Shown here in pieces: positions 29,181-44,637 of a DNA stretch of 64,000 nt; positions within the stretch are counted from its first letter, which is position 1; each line of letters opens with the position of its first letter. The stretch is from Tubiluchus corallicola. Its lineage: Eukaryota > Animalia > Priapulida. The stretch covers positions 1 through 64,000 of the forward strand of contig JAQGDQ010000192.1 of NCBI GenBank assembly GCA_030141605.1, in the 5' to 3' direction. Both the position numbers and the translations under genes were made by a program. The notes below the pieces were generated by a model. The model did no database searches. It saw only the letters and a list, made by a program, of their open reading frames with translations, and was not told where the DNA came from.

Positions 29181-32100
29181 TGATTATATATTATCACTTT
29201 TGTTCAAATGCGTGTAATTATGTGGATCTCATAAACTTATAACTTAAACTTATTTACACAGTAAAAACATCGACATATGATGATTACGAAATCTGGCACA
29301 TTATATGCAATGAAAGACAATGAGCAAATACAATAAACATAATTACACATTCTGATGTATTACACAGACGCACACACGCAATAAAATACAATGAACATAA
29401 TATAATAAACATAATTACAAATACTAATGCATTACACATAATAAAACAGCAACAAGGATATCTCACAAATATTAACACTCTAAAAGGATTTCGAACGTAC
29501 ATCATTAAAATTAATTTATAAACTCTGGCACATATTAGCAAAATAAAATTTTATACACTAAAATTAAATTATTAATAACATTATCTAGACAAAAAGAGCT
29601 ATGACTTACTTGCGAGTTGCCCACTGTATACACTTACTTTGCTTTTCATGAATTTATCTTAGCCAGAAATTATTTGTTTTGTTAGAGTAATTACATTGAA
29701 CAGCACAGTAAAATAGTACGATACTTCAATTAACTAGTAACATAAAATTTCTAAAAATGTTGACTTTTTCGAATAACTACTTATGAATGTGGTTAAAAAA
29801 CAGTAATTGAAGCACCACGCCAAGTACTATCCAACTAAATGAAGCCAATTTGTTGCACACATGCAAGAACCTGGCAAGTTATCACGTAGCTACACAAATA
29901 ATATAAAGATCAACATTTTCAAACATGTACGTATATTATACGTATACAGTGTAGGTATATAGTGAGTATAATAGACATTTAAGCACAAAGCTAAGTTAGT
30001 AAGTTAATTGTAAGGCATTGCTGAATGGTTTTATTAGCCTCAGCACTCATTTTGCCAAATGTATGCTAAATGGGTCATGATTATTATAATATTATGATAT
30101 TGTTCAGCATGCCTACCTACAGGCTATGATCTAGATCATTATTAAAATGAGCTATTTCACTACAGAATGCCATATTATACACAATCTTATCTTACTTTAC
30201 ATAGTTAACGTAATTAAGCGTGTTTGTATACAAGTTAATCTGGTTGTCACTGATCAATGATCAACTGCATTAGTGTAAATTTTGTTTACGTTCTCTTTTT
30301 CGAGAGTGGATTTGCAAACAATGCAGATATTGCCTTCATCCCATTTTGATTGTATTACTAGGTGATCCCTTGGCCCAAAACGTACAAAGCAGAACTTAGT
30401 AGTCTGCGATTTTGCTGACAAAAAGGATGGCCAAAATCAATTCTGCTGACGGTTTCTTTTATCTAATTTTGATGTCATTTTATTTTATTCAAATGCTTTT
30501 TCAATGTTGTTCAAATTTGTGCCTGATTTTAGTAAGCTAACAAAGCAAAAAATATATAAAAAGACACTAATAACACAGTAACAGCAACAACAGCATACGT
30601 GACAATTAAATACCATTTGAAACGTTACAATCTTATATAATATGTGACGCTCAATGTGATCTAAAACATTTTTGATATTGATAAAGACAATATTATAACA
30701 CAACAAGCAACTAACTTGATCAAGGTAAGGAAAGGTATGGAATGAATCACCAACCGCAGCTTTACCTAAAAACTATACACTTGGTAACCAAAGTTCAACC
30801 CTAGTTTAAACGACACAGACTAGAACAAGATTTTTCCTGTCTCGTTTTAAACCTTTCTGTACATAATAGCCAGCTGCAACTCAGGCAGTTTAGTTTCTAT
30901 AAAGCTTTTGTCCACCTACCAGCGCTATTATTGAGCCACACTAAAGCTTAGCCAGTATCTAGGTTACCACGGTTGTTGTCGTTATTAGAAAATTTGGCTG
31001 TTTGGAAACCGAAGGTCGACTCGAACAGGAAAATACAAAATGCCCGGCGAGCAGTATATTAATGGATAGGCGTAGGTGCGTCAAGGAACATACAGGTAGT
31101 ACTGTAACTGATACCATTTTTACCATTCGCATTTTGCCAAAAATAATTTGTATTAGCACCGAGCTGAGTGCAAAAATACACAATTTAATGCAAGCAGCTG
31201 TAGGCAACTTGGCAAAATTTCATTGCAAAGCATTCTCAAATTCTTAGGTCGAGTTTCTTCCTAATTATCTCTGGTTTCCTTATCTCCTTCGCGTTTTGAA
31301 TTAGGATATCGCTTAATAACTTTATCGTTTAATGACAGTGATAATTATTGAAGGAACTAACGAAATTTCTTTTTCTTTAAGGACTCCTTATTTCATAAAA
31401 CTTGTATTTCATGTTAATGCAAATACAGAGCACCGAGAGCACGTTTTTTCCTTATTTGACTGAATTTCCCTCTTTGGTTAAGATTCCTCTGCTTAGATTC
31501 AAAAGAAAGGACAAGTTACTTGGTATGTTGCGTGTATGTTCGTGTTATCACTTAAACTTAGAAAAATATAACAAAGAAAATTTGCAAAAAACTGTCTATG
31601 AAGCATAAAGTTAATTTATAATTATATTACCCCTGCATAGAAATTTTCAGGCGCGATGGTAGCCGCCATTCACTTTAAAATCATGTCATAACTGATGGAC
31701 TTCGTGACTTTTCGTAACCGAGTCGTGGCTTTCCGTAAACGCGCTGCTTAAACTAATCTAAACTTCTGCAGCTTACCTAACATTCATGAAAAAATATCGC
31801 ATAATTAGCTATCTGTTTTTTTGTAAAAACGTTACACTTTTTACGGAAATTGACAGTGAGCTGTTTTTTCAGTCGATAAACGACGTCATTGGTGTAAAAA
31901 TGTAGGTTCAAAATGGAAATGCCCAAACGTGAAATGATCGCGACTTTTATTAATTTTATTAATTAAACAAGGTACTTATCGCTTTTACTGCTAAATCCTA
32001 AATCTTCTGGCGAACATTGAAATAAGCTTAACTGCCAGAAGACCTGACCTTTCCTTTAAAATATCTCTCGTTCCAAAATCACTGGTGATCTGTATAAACA

Positions 32101-35100
32101 ATAAGAAATAAACGCACGTTGCTGAACCTGGCACATTTAAAACTCAAATAACTGGACAAGAAATCCAAAATCTTCTAAAATAAAAATTTCAAATTTTTGT
32201 TATTTCTGTCCATATGCGAGTCATTACAGTCATAGACGATGGTTGCGGCTGTTGCATAACCCAATCGGCTTGTGCTAAAGGCAAACTACTATAAAGATTG
32301 ACGGAACAAGATAATATTTTCAAGTGGAATTTCTTTAAAGCTGGTTCTACAAATTTACCCCACTACATAACATTACGGAAAGACCTTGGAACAACGAGCA
32401 CATTATACTGGGCACGTTGAAACCTTCAAACAAGGGTGGGGCAAAATAGTGCGAGCTTAGTTATTACTCCACGATGAACAGATTTTTGAAAATTTAAACA
32501 AGCCTGCGTAAATAAACACAACTCGATTTGATTTGATTTCAAAAATGCTGTACATTACCAATCGCCGCACAACAAAGTTGTAAAAAACTCAATCTAGTAT
32601 CGGTTACAAATTCATCAAGTACGTAAAATAGTAACGAATTTATGTGGTATCATATTTACAAAACTTATTTCTCTCTCAGTTATTTTTTTATTTGTTTGTT
32701 TTTAACAAACTAGATTTCAGACGTATACAAATAATTATTTGTAATTTCGGCTGATAACTAGCATGTGTTCACAAACGATTTAAAGGTATCTAAGCTTTTA
32801 AATCTGCACATAACCATGCAAACTTGATTACACATCATAAGGTTCATTCATTGTCTATTCGTGCGACCTCACTTCACTTCAGTTCAATTCAATTTATTTG
32901 TCTGTCAGTCTCAATTAGAATTTTACATAGCGTAAGGTTTTTACTAGCAAATCAGAGAGCCGCACCGGTGAAAAAACCCTTTGCTGTAATACGGGTCATT
33001 ACGAGAACTGTCACATCACCTAGATCACCTTACTAGTGACAGTTCTTTAGAAATGACCCTATAAAAAGCACAGGTTACCCACAGAATTGACTGAGAACTC
33101 GCTGCATGATATAACAGGCGATAATGCATACTAATTATTCGGGCATATATATGATTTGGTCACTCAACTTGGAGCATTTGGAGAGGGCCAACCCAGGAAC
33201 ACCAGCATGAAAGTAACTAAAATATGGATGAGAGAACCTCACACTGCTAATGGGCGCGTGAAACAAACAGCAAGTTTGACACAGTGCTGTAAACATTGCT
33301 AAAAATCTAACAAAGAGCACGCAAGAATGTTGCGGCGCCGAGTCATAAAACACGTGAAAGCAATATTCGTGTACAGCTGAAGAATTCCCGTTTTCAGACG
33401 GATTCTCTTTCCCTGATTACACAGAATTACTTAACGATACATAAAACAATAGCATCGTAAACCTGGGGAGAATCGTAATGGTGCAGAATAATAATGACCG
33501 GGGAATGGAGTACGAGTACAATGTTACACATTACGCTAAGTTAATAAAAATATACAATAAAGAAAAGAACTCTACTCTCTCTAAGTTTTCTTTATTCTAC
33601 TCTTGCCATTTAATTTATCACCGCCTTTTTAAAAGCAAAACCGGACCCAATGTTAAACTGTAGGTCAAAACAGCCTATTCTTTAAAATACTGAAAGGAAA
33701 CATACTATTTTTTAAAGAATACTTTGCGCTTAAGAATTATTTTTACCACACAAACGCAATTTCGCGTTCGCGTCACTTGTTCTTCGCTGTTACATGCATT
33801 TCACCATTCGTTAGTTAGACGGGTACTAGCACTTGCATTTCGGTAAGCATTGCACAAAAACAGTTGCTGTATCTCTCAGTTCAGATGTGTTCGTTTGTGA
33901 CGAAATGCACACATTCGACATCTCATTGCGTGAGTGCAGCGGCAAATTTGATATTTTAATTTTTAGCTTAAAACTTGCCGAGTTTTAGTACTACACACTG
34001 AATCTCTTACAGTAGCACTGTACTTCAATTTTCGCTTTCGCAAACATACGCAACACGTTCATGGAATGTTTACGATATTGAAAATTATGTTAATCTGTGA
34101 CGTCATCAGCAGTTGGGCTCGCCCGCCGTTAATTAAGATTCTAATCTATTATTTAATTACCAGAAATGCTTTTACAGTATTATTGGTGTTACTTTTTACC
34201 ATACTTGAAAATGGGGTAGTATATGAAAAATCATCCTGTCTTCCTTTAAAAAGTGCAAGCCGACATTCTGACCGATCCGCCTAGGAGGGATGGGTATCTA
34301 CCTATAAATACACCAATGAACGAAAGTAATCTAATCACTACAATAGGCCACGCGTCATCTAACATGCGAAACAAACAAGGAGAGAGAAGCAGGTGCAAAG
34401 TATTGCAATCTAGTCAGAATAGCAACTTCCAGTAACCATGAGCGCACTAGCAGTAAGCAGTAATAATGTATAGATAATATAGTAAAACAATAGTCTGCAG
34501 TGTAATTACACCACAGTAATACAAATAAACAAAACGATACCAAACATCTTTCGTGATCAATTTCGTACAATGGTATGTTTGTGGTTAACTCTGCGAGTCA
34601 GTTCAGACTAACTGTAATACAACACGCTAGAGCTACTGGTCGGAACTTATGGAATAAACATGCAAGCCATCGTAGCTCCAACCCTATCTCAATTTATCTG
34701 CGATGCTATTATTACAAAACACGTGGGTAACCACGTTACGCTTATTATACATGAGTAACAATGGCGGTTCAAGGGCAAACAATATAAGTAAAGACATAAT
34801 TATGATCTACAGTGACTGCAGCACGCAAAATTTGCCATCTCAAACCCACAGCTGCCAACTCAATAGCCCTTTGAATGAAACCCACGAGGAATGCAGCTAG
34901 ATTTTTTTCGAAATCAATTCCATCATCTGGTTTATATGAAGTAGGAAAGGCAGGAAATAGAAACATTAACGCATTCAAGCGGGGAACAAACTGAAAGCAC
35001 GTGAAAAATACCGCTAAGAAACACGGGATAATGAATGAGACGCAAACATCCAACGTGGTGTGCAACTTAACAAAATTAAGAGGTGCTGTCAACTGAATGA

Positions 35101-36503
35101 AATGTTATCATACGTCAGCAAATAAAGCGCAAAAAAACATTTAAATTTTTCCTGTTTGTCTATTAGTAAAAACAAGACTAAATAAATTTAGATCCATATC
35201 CGCAAGTGTTCATCAGGTAATTAAACCTGGTCCAGTGTAGTTTCTCATGTCAAAAACTACAGATTATTACGCCCATGTGTGATTGAGTTTTCCCCAATTT
35301 TCAATATTTTGGCTCTTATCTCGGGTCCTTAAACAATAACATCTTTTACCAAACCATCATCTGGGCCGGTGAGTCCCTACCCTACCCTGCTTTGACTGAG
35401 GTCACCTTCACCAAAGCATTGTCTCAGCTCTTACTCAGGCGTCTGCTGCAAGCAAGGTGACTCTAGCATTCTGCGTTTGCAAGTTAACATGAATTAAATG
35501 TTAACTAAGAAAACTCATCGCCAATGAAAAAATGAAGTCACAAAGACAGCGTATTGACTGTTAGAATCTCTTGATCGTGGATTAAAAATCACATAAAAAC
35601 AATAAGAATGGCAGACTAGACTAAGACCAAATAGTCGCCTAGCCTGTCAACTCGACTACATTATTGCAATACTCAAGCATGCGATAATTTTCCCTAAAAG
35701 GGAACCCTGCTTTCCGGGATTCGTTTAATTCCCCAGATAGGGAACCCTGTTTCAATCATTCATAGGATATCGAATGTAGCATTGACGCCATATTGCTCGC
35801 CTTGTTATAGCCCTAGAGATATTTTTAAAGTTTAAGTAGACAACTCCATAAAATTGCGTTTACTGCTCATCAGCGGGCAGGCACGTACAGATATCGCTTC
35901 AAGATGTTGTTCACGACAAGTTTTCACATAACATACGAGTCGAATTTCATGCCTCCTCATTTTAATGGACTCCCTAACTCGGTGGGAAGCTGGTTTTTAT
36001 TCTTATCAGTTGTAACCCTGGTATGCAAGCTCGCTTTTATGGCGCATATGGAGCACTAGGTTTTTCACGGAGTTTCAATCAACATGCAAATATTTGCATA
36101 ATACTATCATTTCAAAAAATGCTGACCAGTTTATAGCACAGAGATAAATATTATGGACAAGAAAGGATGCAGATCTTTTTTGTTAACTAAACACTGACGA
36201 ACTCTGGAGATACTCCTGTCTATTTATGCTGTGACCCAGAGAACCACACATGATACAGTAATTGCAAGGTGCGCAATAAATAACTGAATAACGAACAAAT
36301 TATGACCTTCACTGTGGTGTCACAGCTCTCTTGGGATTCGAACCCCGAATTAAGCCTTACATTGCAATGCCACCAATCATATTCAAAAGTGCACACAAAA
36401 ACCGTATATTAAGTAATAAAAACACGATGCATAAATTATTTGTATATATTGTAGCAAAAACTAGTAAATATCCAGTAATACTAATAGGAAATGTAAAACT
36501 AAC

Positions 36504-36545
36504 CTTAGGGTGTGCTCTGCGAGGAAATGCGACTTTAGGATCAAT
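36504..36545 (-). CDS. msi: Musashi coding exon 5 (IDPKVAFPRRAHPK), 42 nt
   Basis: ttttcag acceptor and gttagt donor, phase 0/0. Matches the Musashi inter-RRM linker IDPKVAFPRRAxPK. Confidence 0.96.
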
Positions 36546-37073
36546 CTGAAAAAAACACGAAAGAAAATTTAAATCCGGAGTTGAATATTTGGAAACCAGA
36601 GCTGCAGCGATGGCTGCAAAAACTTCTTGGCAAACAAAACACGATATTTCGGTTTAAACAGAAAAAATTAACGAGCATATGGAACAAGTTTGTATTTCAG
36701 TTTGATTTGGCAAAACTCTGTAGTGAAGACAAAAAATGGAATCATGTTATTAGAGCTTCTAACAGGCACTGCCAGCATGCACACTGAGTTGCTTATTTTA
36801 TTTTATGGGGAACTCCTAAATTTATTTCACACCCTACAGCATGAATCCAACTAGGACAACAACACAAAACCATAACAGTGAAATACAATGGTGACTGCTT
36901 CAAATCAATTCAACACGTTGTGTTCACCTGCACTGTCAGCCTATTCCTGCAGTAACCAGCTAAAATAATTACATAAAGCGATAAAGTTGTGTAAAATGTG
37001 GATATGTTGGGTATCAAGTGGACCACGGACTCAACAAAAAGCAATAATTCAGAATAAGCTAAAAAGTCAGTAA

Positions 37074-37190
37074 CCATTCCTTCCAGTGTCTTAAAAAATT
37101 AAAAACTTTCAAATATTGATGCAAAAAATAAATCATTCCTCTCCGCGTTTTAAAAAGTTAAAACTGAAAAATATTGATGCAAAAAAATTA
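37074..37190. repeat. Two-copy ~60-bp tandem duplication
   Basis: cattcct..ttaaaaa..aaatattgatgcaaaaaa occurs twice. Confidence 0.75.
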
Positions 37191-40100
37191 ACAAAGGATA
37201 TCAAAGTCCCTGTGAATATCTCTTAAGTAGTGTTGGGTCGTTGACAGAGATTTATAAACAGATGAAACCTAGTTAAAAAAACACCAGCCAGAGCATAATT
37301 TAATTCAGAATCCATTATAGACATGCGTGTACTAAGTAGACCGTAATAAATCAGAAAATTCGTAGTTTATTATCAAGAAACACTTAAGGAGCATAATATC
37401 TGACATATATACAAGCGGTCGAATAATAGTTACAGGCCCTCCCCCAATCTCCCTAGCACTGATCGATTCAAATAGTGAACAACAATCAAATCTGCAAACA
37501 GTTCTAGCTTCACCGCAGGCCTAAAAAACTTGCAAATTTCACAAATTAGCCACTAGCCAGGTATAGTCTCTGCTCAGTAAAAACTCCATTCTGGGGAGAG
37601 GTTTTTACATCGATAAGCGCATGAACGACACCTCTAAATCTTTAAAAGTCACATTACTTGGAATCATTCACCTCTTCAAAACTGTGCCATATAGGCGGAG
37701 ACCTAAAATTTTAAAAGTAAGCCAGGTATGCTTTCTCGTAAACAATCAGTGCTCAAAATTTCCAAAAACAAAGTGACCTTTGACCTCTATCGCAATCGCT
37801 TACCTACAAAAAGGTACTAAATAGGTACACAAAATTTTTGAAAGTAAAATGACCTTAACCTCTAGTGGAATTGTTTATCTTCAAATAGGTGCTAACTAAA
37901 CAAATTACTTGTAATGAATAAGTGTGCATAGAAAACCAAGTTGGGATTTTGAGTAATATTACAAAGTCAAATTCTTCATGATATTTAGCAATAAATTATC
38001 TTAAAAATAAAGAGTCCCATACCTTATAGGAACTTATCAAGTCTAACAAGATCAAAAACTTACAAGTTTAAAAAAAATTCTTGCTGATGGCCATAATTAC
38101 TAGTAAAACGAAAGCCAATTTTTCATCAGCTTAGAAAAGAGCGGTGTTAAAATAACTTCTTGCCATATCGACCTGCAATGGTAAATAATACTAACTGTGT
38201 TTCACTATTGAAAGCTCTTACTAGAGTAACAAGGTAGAGATATTATGAAAACCATGGAAATTACCAAATTTAAATTTAATTATTCTTTAAATTTTGTTAA
38301 TTTGTTATATGTTATATGTTATATGTTATTTAAATTTTACAGCAGAGTTGGTAGGCAAATTAACAGATAAAAAGCTACTGCCTCTAATACTGTGGCTGAC
38401 GGGTTCAGGGGCTAGGCTGCATTAAGTTTCCAAAAAGCAGCAATCGTGAGGGGTTGCTCAGAAATTAATTACCGAGTTTACCAAGGATTTTCAGTGAAGT
38501 CAACAGGGGATCTTAGTTAAGCACAACGAAAAAATACCAAAAAAAACATGTTACTTTTCAAACTTTTAAGCAGGAAAAGAGCACGCCAGCGGGAGGCGAG
38601 ACTGATAAGTACCATATGGCAAAAGCTTTTCAAAGCAAATATTGTCTCTAAATTCAAATGCAGTGCATCGTTAAGGTATTAATTTTTTGAATTTCAAGTC
38701 ATTTTCATTATTCTTGTCAACTGCCATGTAATTTGGAAGTAACCAAACATTTTCCTCAGCGCTGGAGCACAACACAGTAAATCAAAACTTTGTTATATGC
38801 ATGCAAACCCCATGTAATCTAGATTCAAAGTAAGAAAAAGGTTTAAAGCAATCAATTTACTGTACTCTCAATTTTTGCAGTTTACTAAAAATGTTGGGGC
38901 CTTGACTGGGTTTGAATGACATTTTGTATCGGAAAGGAACTATACTACTTAAAAATCACAGCCACAGCACCTGCAATAATTCAAGTCTAATTATACAAAT
39001 TTAGACTGTAAGTTGCTTTAAAAAAACTAGTAAAGCAGGTACGATAAAATACAATAATGCAACTTACATCATTTTGCAGTATATTTTACAAGCGAAAATA
39101 CTTCCCCGTACGATATCACCCCGGCTCAGTAATATTCTGTCCGAGGATCGGAATAATGTGTTGCACTTGCGACAGTTTCGTTGTCTTAAGAGGGAAATAT
39201 TTGCATGGATTTCATGTAAACGTCGCGAGACTAAAGAGTAACGCTTGATATTTCACACATTCCAAACAGAGATGTTATAAGTAAAGTACAGGCACATTAC
39301 CAAAGTACTGAAGCCTGTTCACTTTAGATGAATAACTTCATTTAATACTACCTAGCAGGCGATTTACCTTGAGGGTTTCCTAAACACACGTGTATACTTG
39401 GTACAGTAGCACCCGCGAAGCCAGCGTGACTGCCTCTCAGCTGTTAGAAAACATGCACCGCGCGGGGCACCCACTCAATCAATGCTTTATGTTTGTTGAA
39501 TTAGACACAACGTGAGTAATAAACAGACAGTGGAAAGTATTGTGAAAGGACGTTATTATTGTGAGAATAAGAGATCATGTGAAGTTAGTAGGGAAAGGAC
39601 TATTATACTCTAGCAAGTTTTTGTAAGGTAGGAAACGGAAACGGAGTCAATGTTTTCAATGGTTCTTCAATGCTGAGCTTGGAAAAGTTGTCCGCGAACG
39701 ACATAGAACCGTACAGTAAAACACCAAGTTGGTCTTACTGAAACACTATCCCTTCGAGATGTACCAGATTGGTTTGGGAGTTAGATCGAATGTTACGGGC
39801 CTGTCACTATTCCAGGGAAAACACAAGTACAGTGCGCATGCATTGCATACAGCTGCCGACAAGTCTCCCAAGTCTTGCCTACATCATTTATTAAATGCTA
39901 CTAGGACGCCATACAATTTTCTTCCACTTCATCTTTTAATTTATGATGGCTGACAATAAATTATTCAGCCGCAGATTCCTGAATTTCATGCTACAGACTT
40001 CAAATCTTCTGATTTCAATGATGGCAGGCCTGCAGCATTAATAATTCTTTTGATCATTCCACGATGCGTGACCATCCACACCATCCGAGCGATAAGAACT

Positions 40101-40595
40101 CAGAACAATGCTGCATGTTTTTAACATACACACTCATTCTAGTCATTACTTATTACAAGATTATACAAAGCAGCAGACGCTATTATTCTCTGACAAAAAA
40201 CAAACACTCAATCAGCTATGTAATAATTACTTGCAGGCACACTTAGCTGTTTAATAAACAAAATCCGAGAAAATGTAGCACATGTTTTGTATCAGTTTAT
40301 TAGTTATTTTACAGTAACGCGTTTCTAATAAATCAATTACAGTGATTTTAAATCTGTATTTCAGTAAAACCTAAAAATAAACCTTCACACTGTTAATTAA
40401 TAGCTAAATGATTATGTACACTATTCTAATATTGCAAAACTTTTCTAATAGAAACTGCTGTTTCTAAAAAATAGATTTTCTATGTGCCTCATTTAATCAT
40501 TCGAATTTTCTGTACTGTTTACTTTCTTATTTATGGTAGATAGTTATTATGTAGTGAAACCTATTGTTTATTGGGTGGCGTATTGTTTTGTACCG

Positions 40596-40796
40596 AGTGG
40601 TATAGCTCAACGGCAGTATGCTCGCTTTTTACCCCGGAGGTCGCGGGTTCAACTCCCGACCGAGTCATAGGAAAAATTCTTCGACCAGGCACCCACGTTT
40701 ATCGAAGTAGTATGCAGATAATAATAGTCAGGAAATAAATATTGAGTTACTTAAGGTGTTATACCAGAACTACGACTTAAACGAAATTATTATTAC

Positions 40797-40827
<31 letters not shown>
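40596..40827 (+). mobile_element. tRNA-derived SINE, copy 1
   Basis: A-box TAGCTCAACGG, B-box GGTTCAACTCC, a body shared with 44638-44867, and an (ATT)n tail. Confidence 0.88.
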
Positions 40828-43800
40828 GGCACTACAGTTATTTAATTCTAATACTGAGCTCTCTTTTTAATTAAGTACGTCTCATATACAGAAGAGAACA
40901 CTTTTGAAAGCAAGAGGTTCCTAATCTGATTAACATATTCATCAGCAATTTTTCAACTGCTGTCATTGAAAATAATACACAATCAAATGAATGGCCAGCT
41001 CCATGGAGAACCTTTAACGACTTCCAACTATACAGTACCGCCAATTTCACCAAAGAGCCTAAACTATAATAAAATCCGCTAGTTACCCGGCTCAAAGAAT
41101 CTAAATACAATATTGATCATTACGTGTTGGCCAGCATAATGAACAGCCACGGTTCAGCGTCCCGTGTATACGGCTTCACTGCTTCATTCAAGACATACAC
41201 TCATTGAAAAGCATTCTATGGAAGAGCTCTCCAGCATCTATGACTCTATGCAAACAAACACGCCATTCCAGCGCGAGAAAAGATGGGCCACTAAGCCTGA
41301 CTGATTGACCGAGTTGCCAAGCTCGTGAAGATGCAAGTCATGGAACGTATTACCAGTGAGATTTGAGCACAAACGAAATAAACTGCCTTGCATATTTTGT
41401 TTCAGACGACGCATAACACACTGTTCAATGCGCATGCGTACACGAATGATTGGAATAATACGGTCCTTTTCAAAGACGAAGTTACGAAAAACCGAAAATC
41501 TCAAAAAATCGAATGCGTTAATAGGTAGTTAGGTACTTTGCACTTTTTTCTAATTTCTTGTCTTTAATTAAAAACCAAGTGTTAAAAACATGCAAACATT
41601 ACAAAGATTTCTTGAAGCTAAATTGCAAGAATATTAGAATAGGAATTTCATCTTAAGGGAAAAACAGAATATCAGATGAAATATCACTTTGTCATGCAAA
41701 AGGTTATGTACGCAAAAACAGGCAAAAAACTTGATCGGCCTTCAACCAAAACTAAAAAAGCTAACAAAATTGGTTTTTACTTTTTCAGAAACGCTGTAAA
41801 AAGCAGAGGTACTTAAGCGAGTAAGGGCTACGAAATAAGCACAAAAACACACAAAATAATTTGCAAATAAGAAGATATAACAGATCGCTGAAAACAAAGT
41901 AAAACCGAGAACAGATCGATGAAGTGGAGGAGCCAAATTCCGCTTAAAATGTCCAAAGACCTATAATAAAAACGAACTCTGAGGACAAACTTACGTAAAA
42001 AAGCAGTTCTTGCTAGAGAAAGGACCAAACAACGTCGGTATAGCTCCACATAGGAAGTGCTTTTTCGTAAATTGACGAAAATGAAAATAATGAAGTACTC
42101 TATTTGAGTATCCCAAGAAAAGTAGGCATATAGCCAACTATTACAGATGTTCTTTACTTCCTCAGTCTAGTCAGAGAAACTCGTCAAGTTTTCAAGGGTT
42201 CGCAAAATGAAGTTTTTAAAACATTCAGTGCGTTATGGATGCCAAAAATGTTATTGTACGTATCAGTTTGTCACATGCCCCGATGACGTAAACAACTTCA
42301 CATCAAATGATCGCAGTTGCCAAGGCCTGAAGCCAGACTCAAGAAGCCTGGCATGCAAGCGCGTGTACGTCAAAGCCAGTTCAATATTAGCGTACGCAGA
42401 TCACTAACATTAAAAAAACAAAGTGGATGTCAGAATCGCTGCCAAACGAAAAACGCAAGCCCCATGCTTGGATCCGCCACTCGAAACCAGTAGTAGATCC
42501 GAGATAAGTCTAATGAAATCCATGCAGGAAGTGGCGATAAGAGACAAAAATGCGTTGAGAAGCAGCAGCTAAACTTGGGCTTGTTTTGAACATGACATGT
42601 GGACGCATCCTGGCATGATCCAGCGCAACTCTAAACTTTTAAATCGGGCTTGTCTTCAAGAGCCTACGTCATGCTGTATGCGTTACAAGCTAACTTCACT
42701 CAGCGACCTAACTGATAAAACGCTCGAATTTTCCACACCCGCTTTTAATAAAAGATGCTCCAAAGCAGAACTTCTAAACTCTACAAGAATTTATTAGATA
42801 ATATTACCCTCCCAACATGCAAACTGTCTATAAACATGGTAATCAGTGATCTTATAGGCTAGTTCTAAACATTAACAGTGTTGCAGCTTCACTGTTAGAA
42901 GTTTATAGTCCTCATGATTAACTCTTCACCGACCCTTTTACATTTAGCAGCCACACAAGTTTAGAAAATCACAGCCCAAATACCACTTGACCCTCTATAT
43001 TCACCCACATTATGCACACACCAGTGGCCCAGTGTAGAAACAAGACTTACTTGAATACATTGCTCAACATACCGATGAGATAAAGCGGAACCATTATATT
43101 TACTGTTATTCTAAATGCACTACATTTGCACTATTGCTTAATGGACCTGTATCTTTTTGTATACACCATATCCATTTTTCAGTTAAGTACATTATAAAGC
43201 ACCATGGCTATTATTTAAACGGCCAGTTTTAAGCTTTAGTTATGAAATGCACTGCACGAACAGGTATATTTGTACGCCGCTTTGATCAAAAAGTATTACA
43301 GTTAAACCTTTCGTTGCCTACACAATCAGTATTCCTTACACAGTAGGTTCAACTATAACAATAAACCAGGAAGAATTACAACACGTAATAACTAAATAAA
43401 TCGTTTTAATAAAATACCATTTCATAATCAGTATACTTTTCAGACGTTATATTAACCAGGCGACGTTACTCAATAAACAAACTGTATTGAAATAAGAAAA
43501 CCAGACTGGATAAAAATTTCGAAAGAACAGCCTGAAATCTATATCAGAATTATTCCTCTCTTAATCTATCGAGTTCCATAACACTAGAGAAATCGCGTTA
43601 AAGAAACCTAACACGAAGCCGCCATTTTTTCTGACTTGAACATCTGCTCCGTTCAGTTTCTGGCTCAGTTTAAACTATATAAGGCTGCAGACTGACTTGT
43701 AAAAATTCCCAGTAGACAAAGAACTATAGAAACTCTGATAGTCTCATACACATTGCTGAAAAAGTCATGCACGAAAGCTAGTTAGTAAATAGTGACAAAA

Positions 43801-44637
43801 CCAAAGACCTTGGTAGCTTTTACACGTACAAAACACATTGAAATTTTAAACAAATTTCATCAGTGGGTGGTTCAGACTGACTTGTACCAGCTTTCTTACA
43901 AATGCCGCTTTAAATCTTGAGAAATTAATAAAATTTGCCGAAGTTTTCATCTCCTACGAAATGACAAAAATATCACTGCGTTCAACTTGGTAATCTAGAT
44001 CAGCAGTTAGGTCTATAGGCATGGAGCTAGCCAGCCAGACCCAGTCAACAAGTTGATCACCTGCGTAAACTACAAAAACCAGTCCCACAAACAAACATGG
44101 CAAACCACTCTTGACAAGAATGCATTTTTTATATAAATTACGTTGGTATTGTATAGCAGAGCCGTGCTGTACGTCATTGAGACATCTACGATGCGTTAAA
44201 CAGGCTTACATGCATTGCCCAAGGTTAAGTTCACAAAATGTTAGTTGCGTTGCCATCATGCGAGACAGAACACATTAGAAGCGAAAATGCGCAGAGGAAG
44301 TTCACAGAGCATGCAAAAATAATTGAAAAATTCGCGACAAAAGTAGCTACACAAAAACAACTTTATCTTATCCCTAACAATCTTATAATGTATAATTTAT
44401 CGAAAATGTTCTGCTTTTTCTGAACGGTTTAATGTATTATAATTTAAATCGACACTTTAAATTAAAATTCGCTTTTTATTTTTGAGCAAATCTACCAACA
44501 AACCTAATTCAACAGTTCGTCAAATTTTACATAATTAGTGGTGAGTTAATTAGAATGCAAACTTGACAAATTGTGGAGAATTGATGATGTTCTGAGCTTG
44601 ACATTCAAAATGACAACTTGAGCTTGACATTAAATCA

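Noticed and set aside
31380-34250. CpG-richer patches ending in TTCCTTTAA (about 32059 and 34249), suggesting Kolobok-type MITE ends; similar patches at 8850-9050, 10250-10400 and 45650-45950
   Set aside because: I could not identify matching left termini, so boundaries are unsupported.
39062-39230. Minus-strand stretch DRILLSRGD..FACKIYCK before a GTAAGT donor, vaguely zinc-finger-like
   Set aside because: Similarity is too weak, there is no convincing start or acceptor, and it does not fit the Musashi exon chain.
40596-40670. Possible functional tRNA genes (also 44638 and 21021-21172)
   Set aside because: Stems are mismatched and the units are embedded in repeat bodies, so they are treated as tRNA-derived parts of mobile elements.
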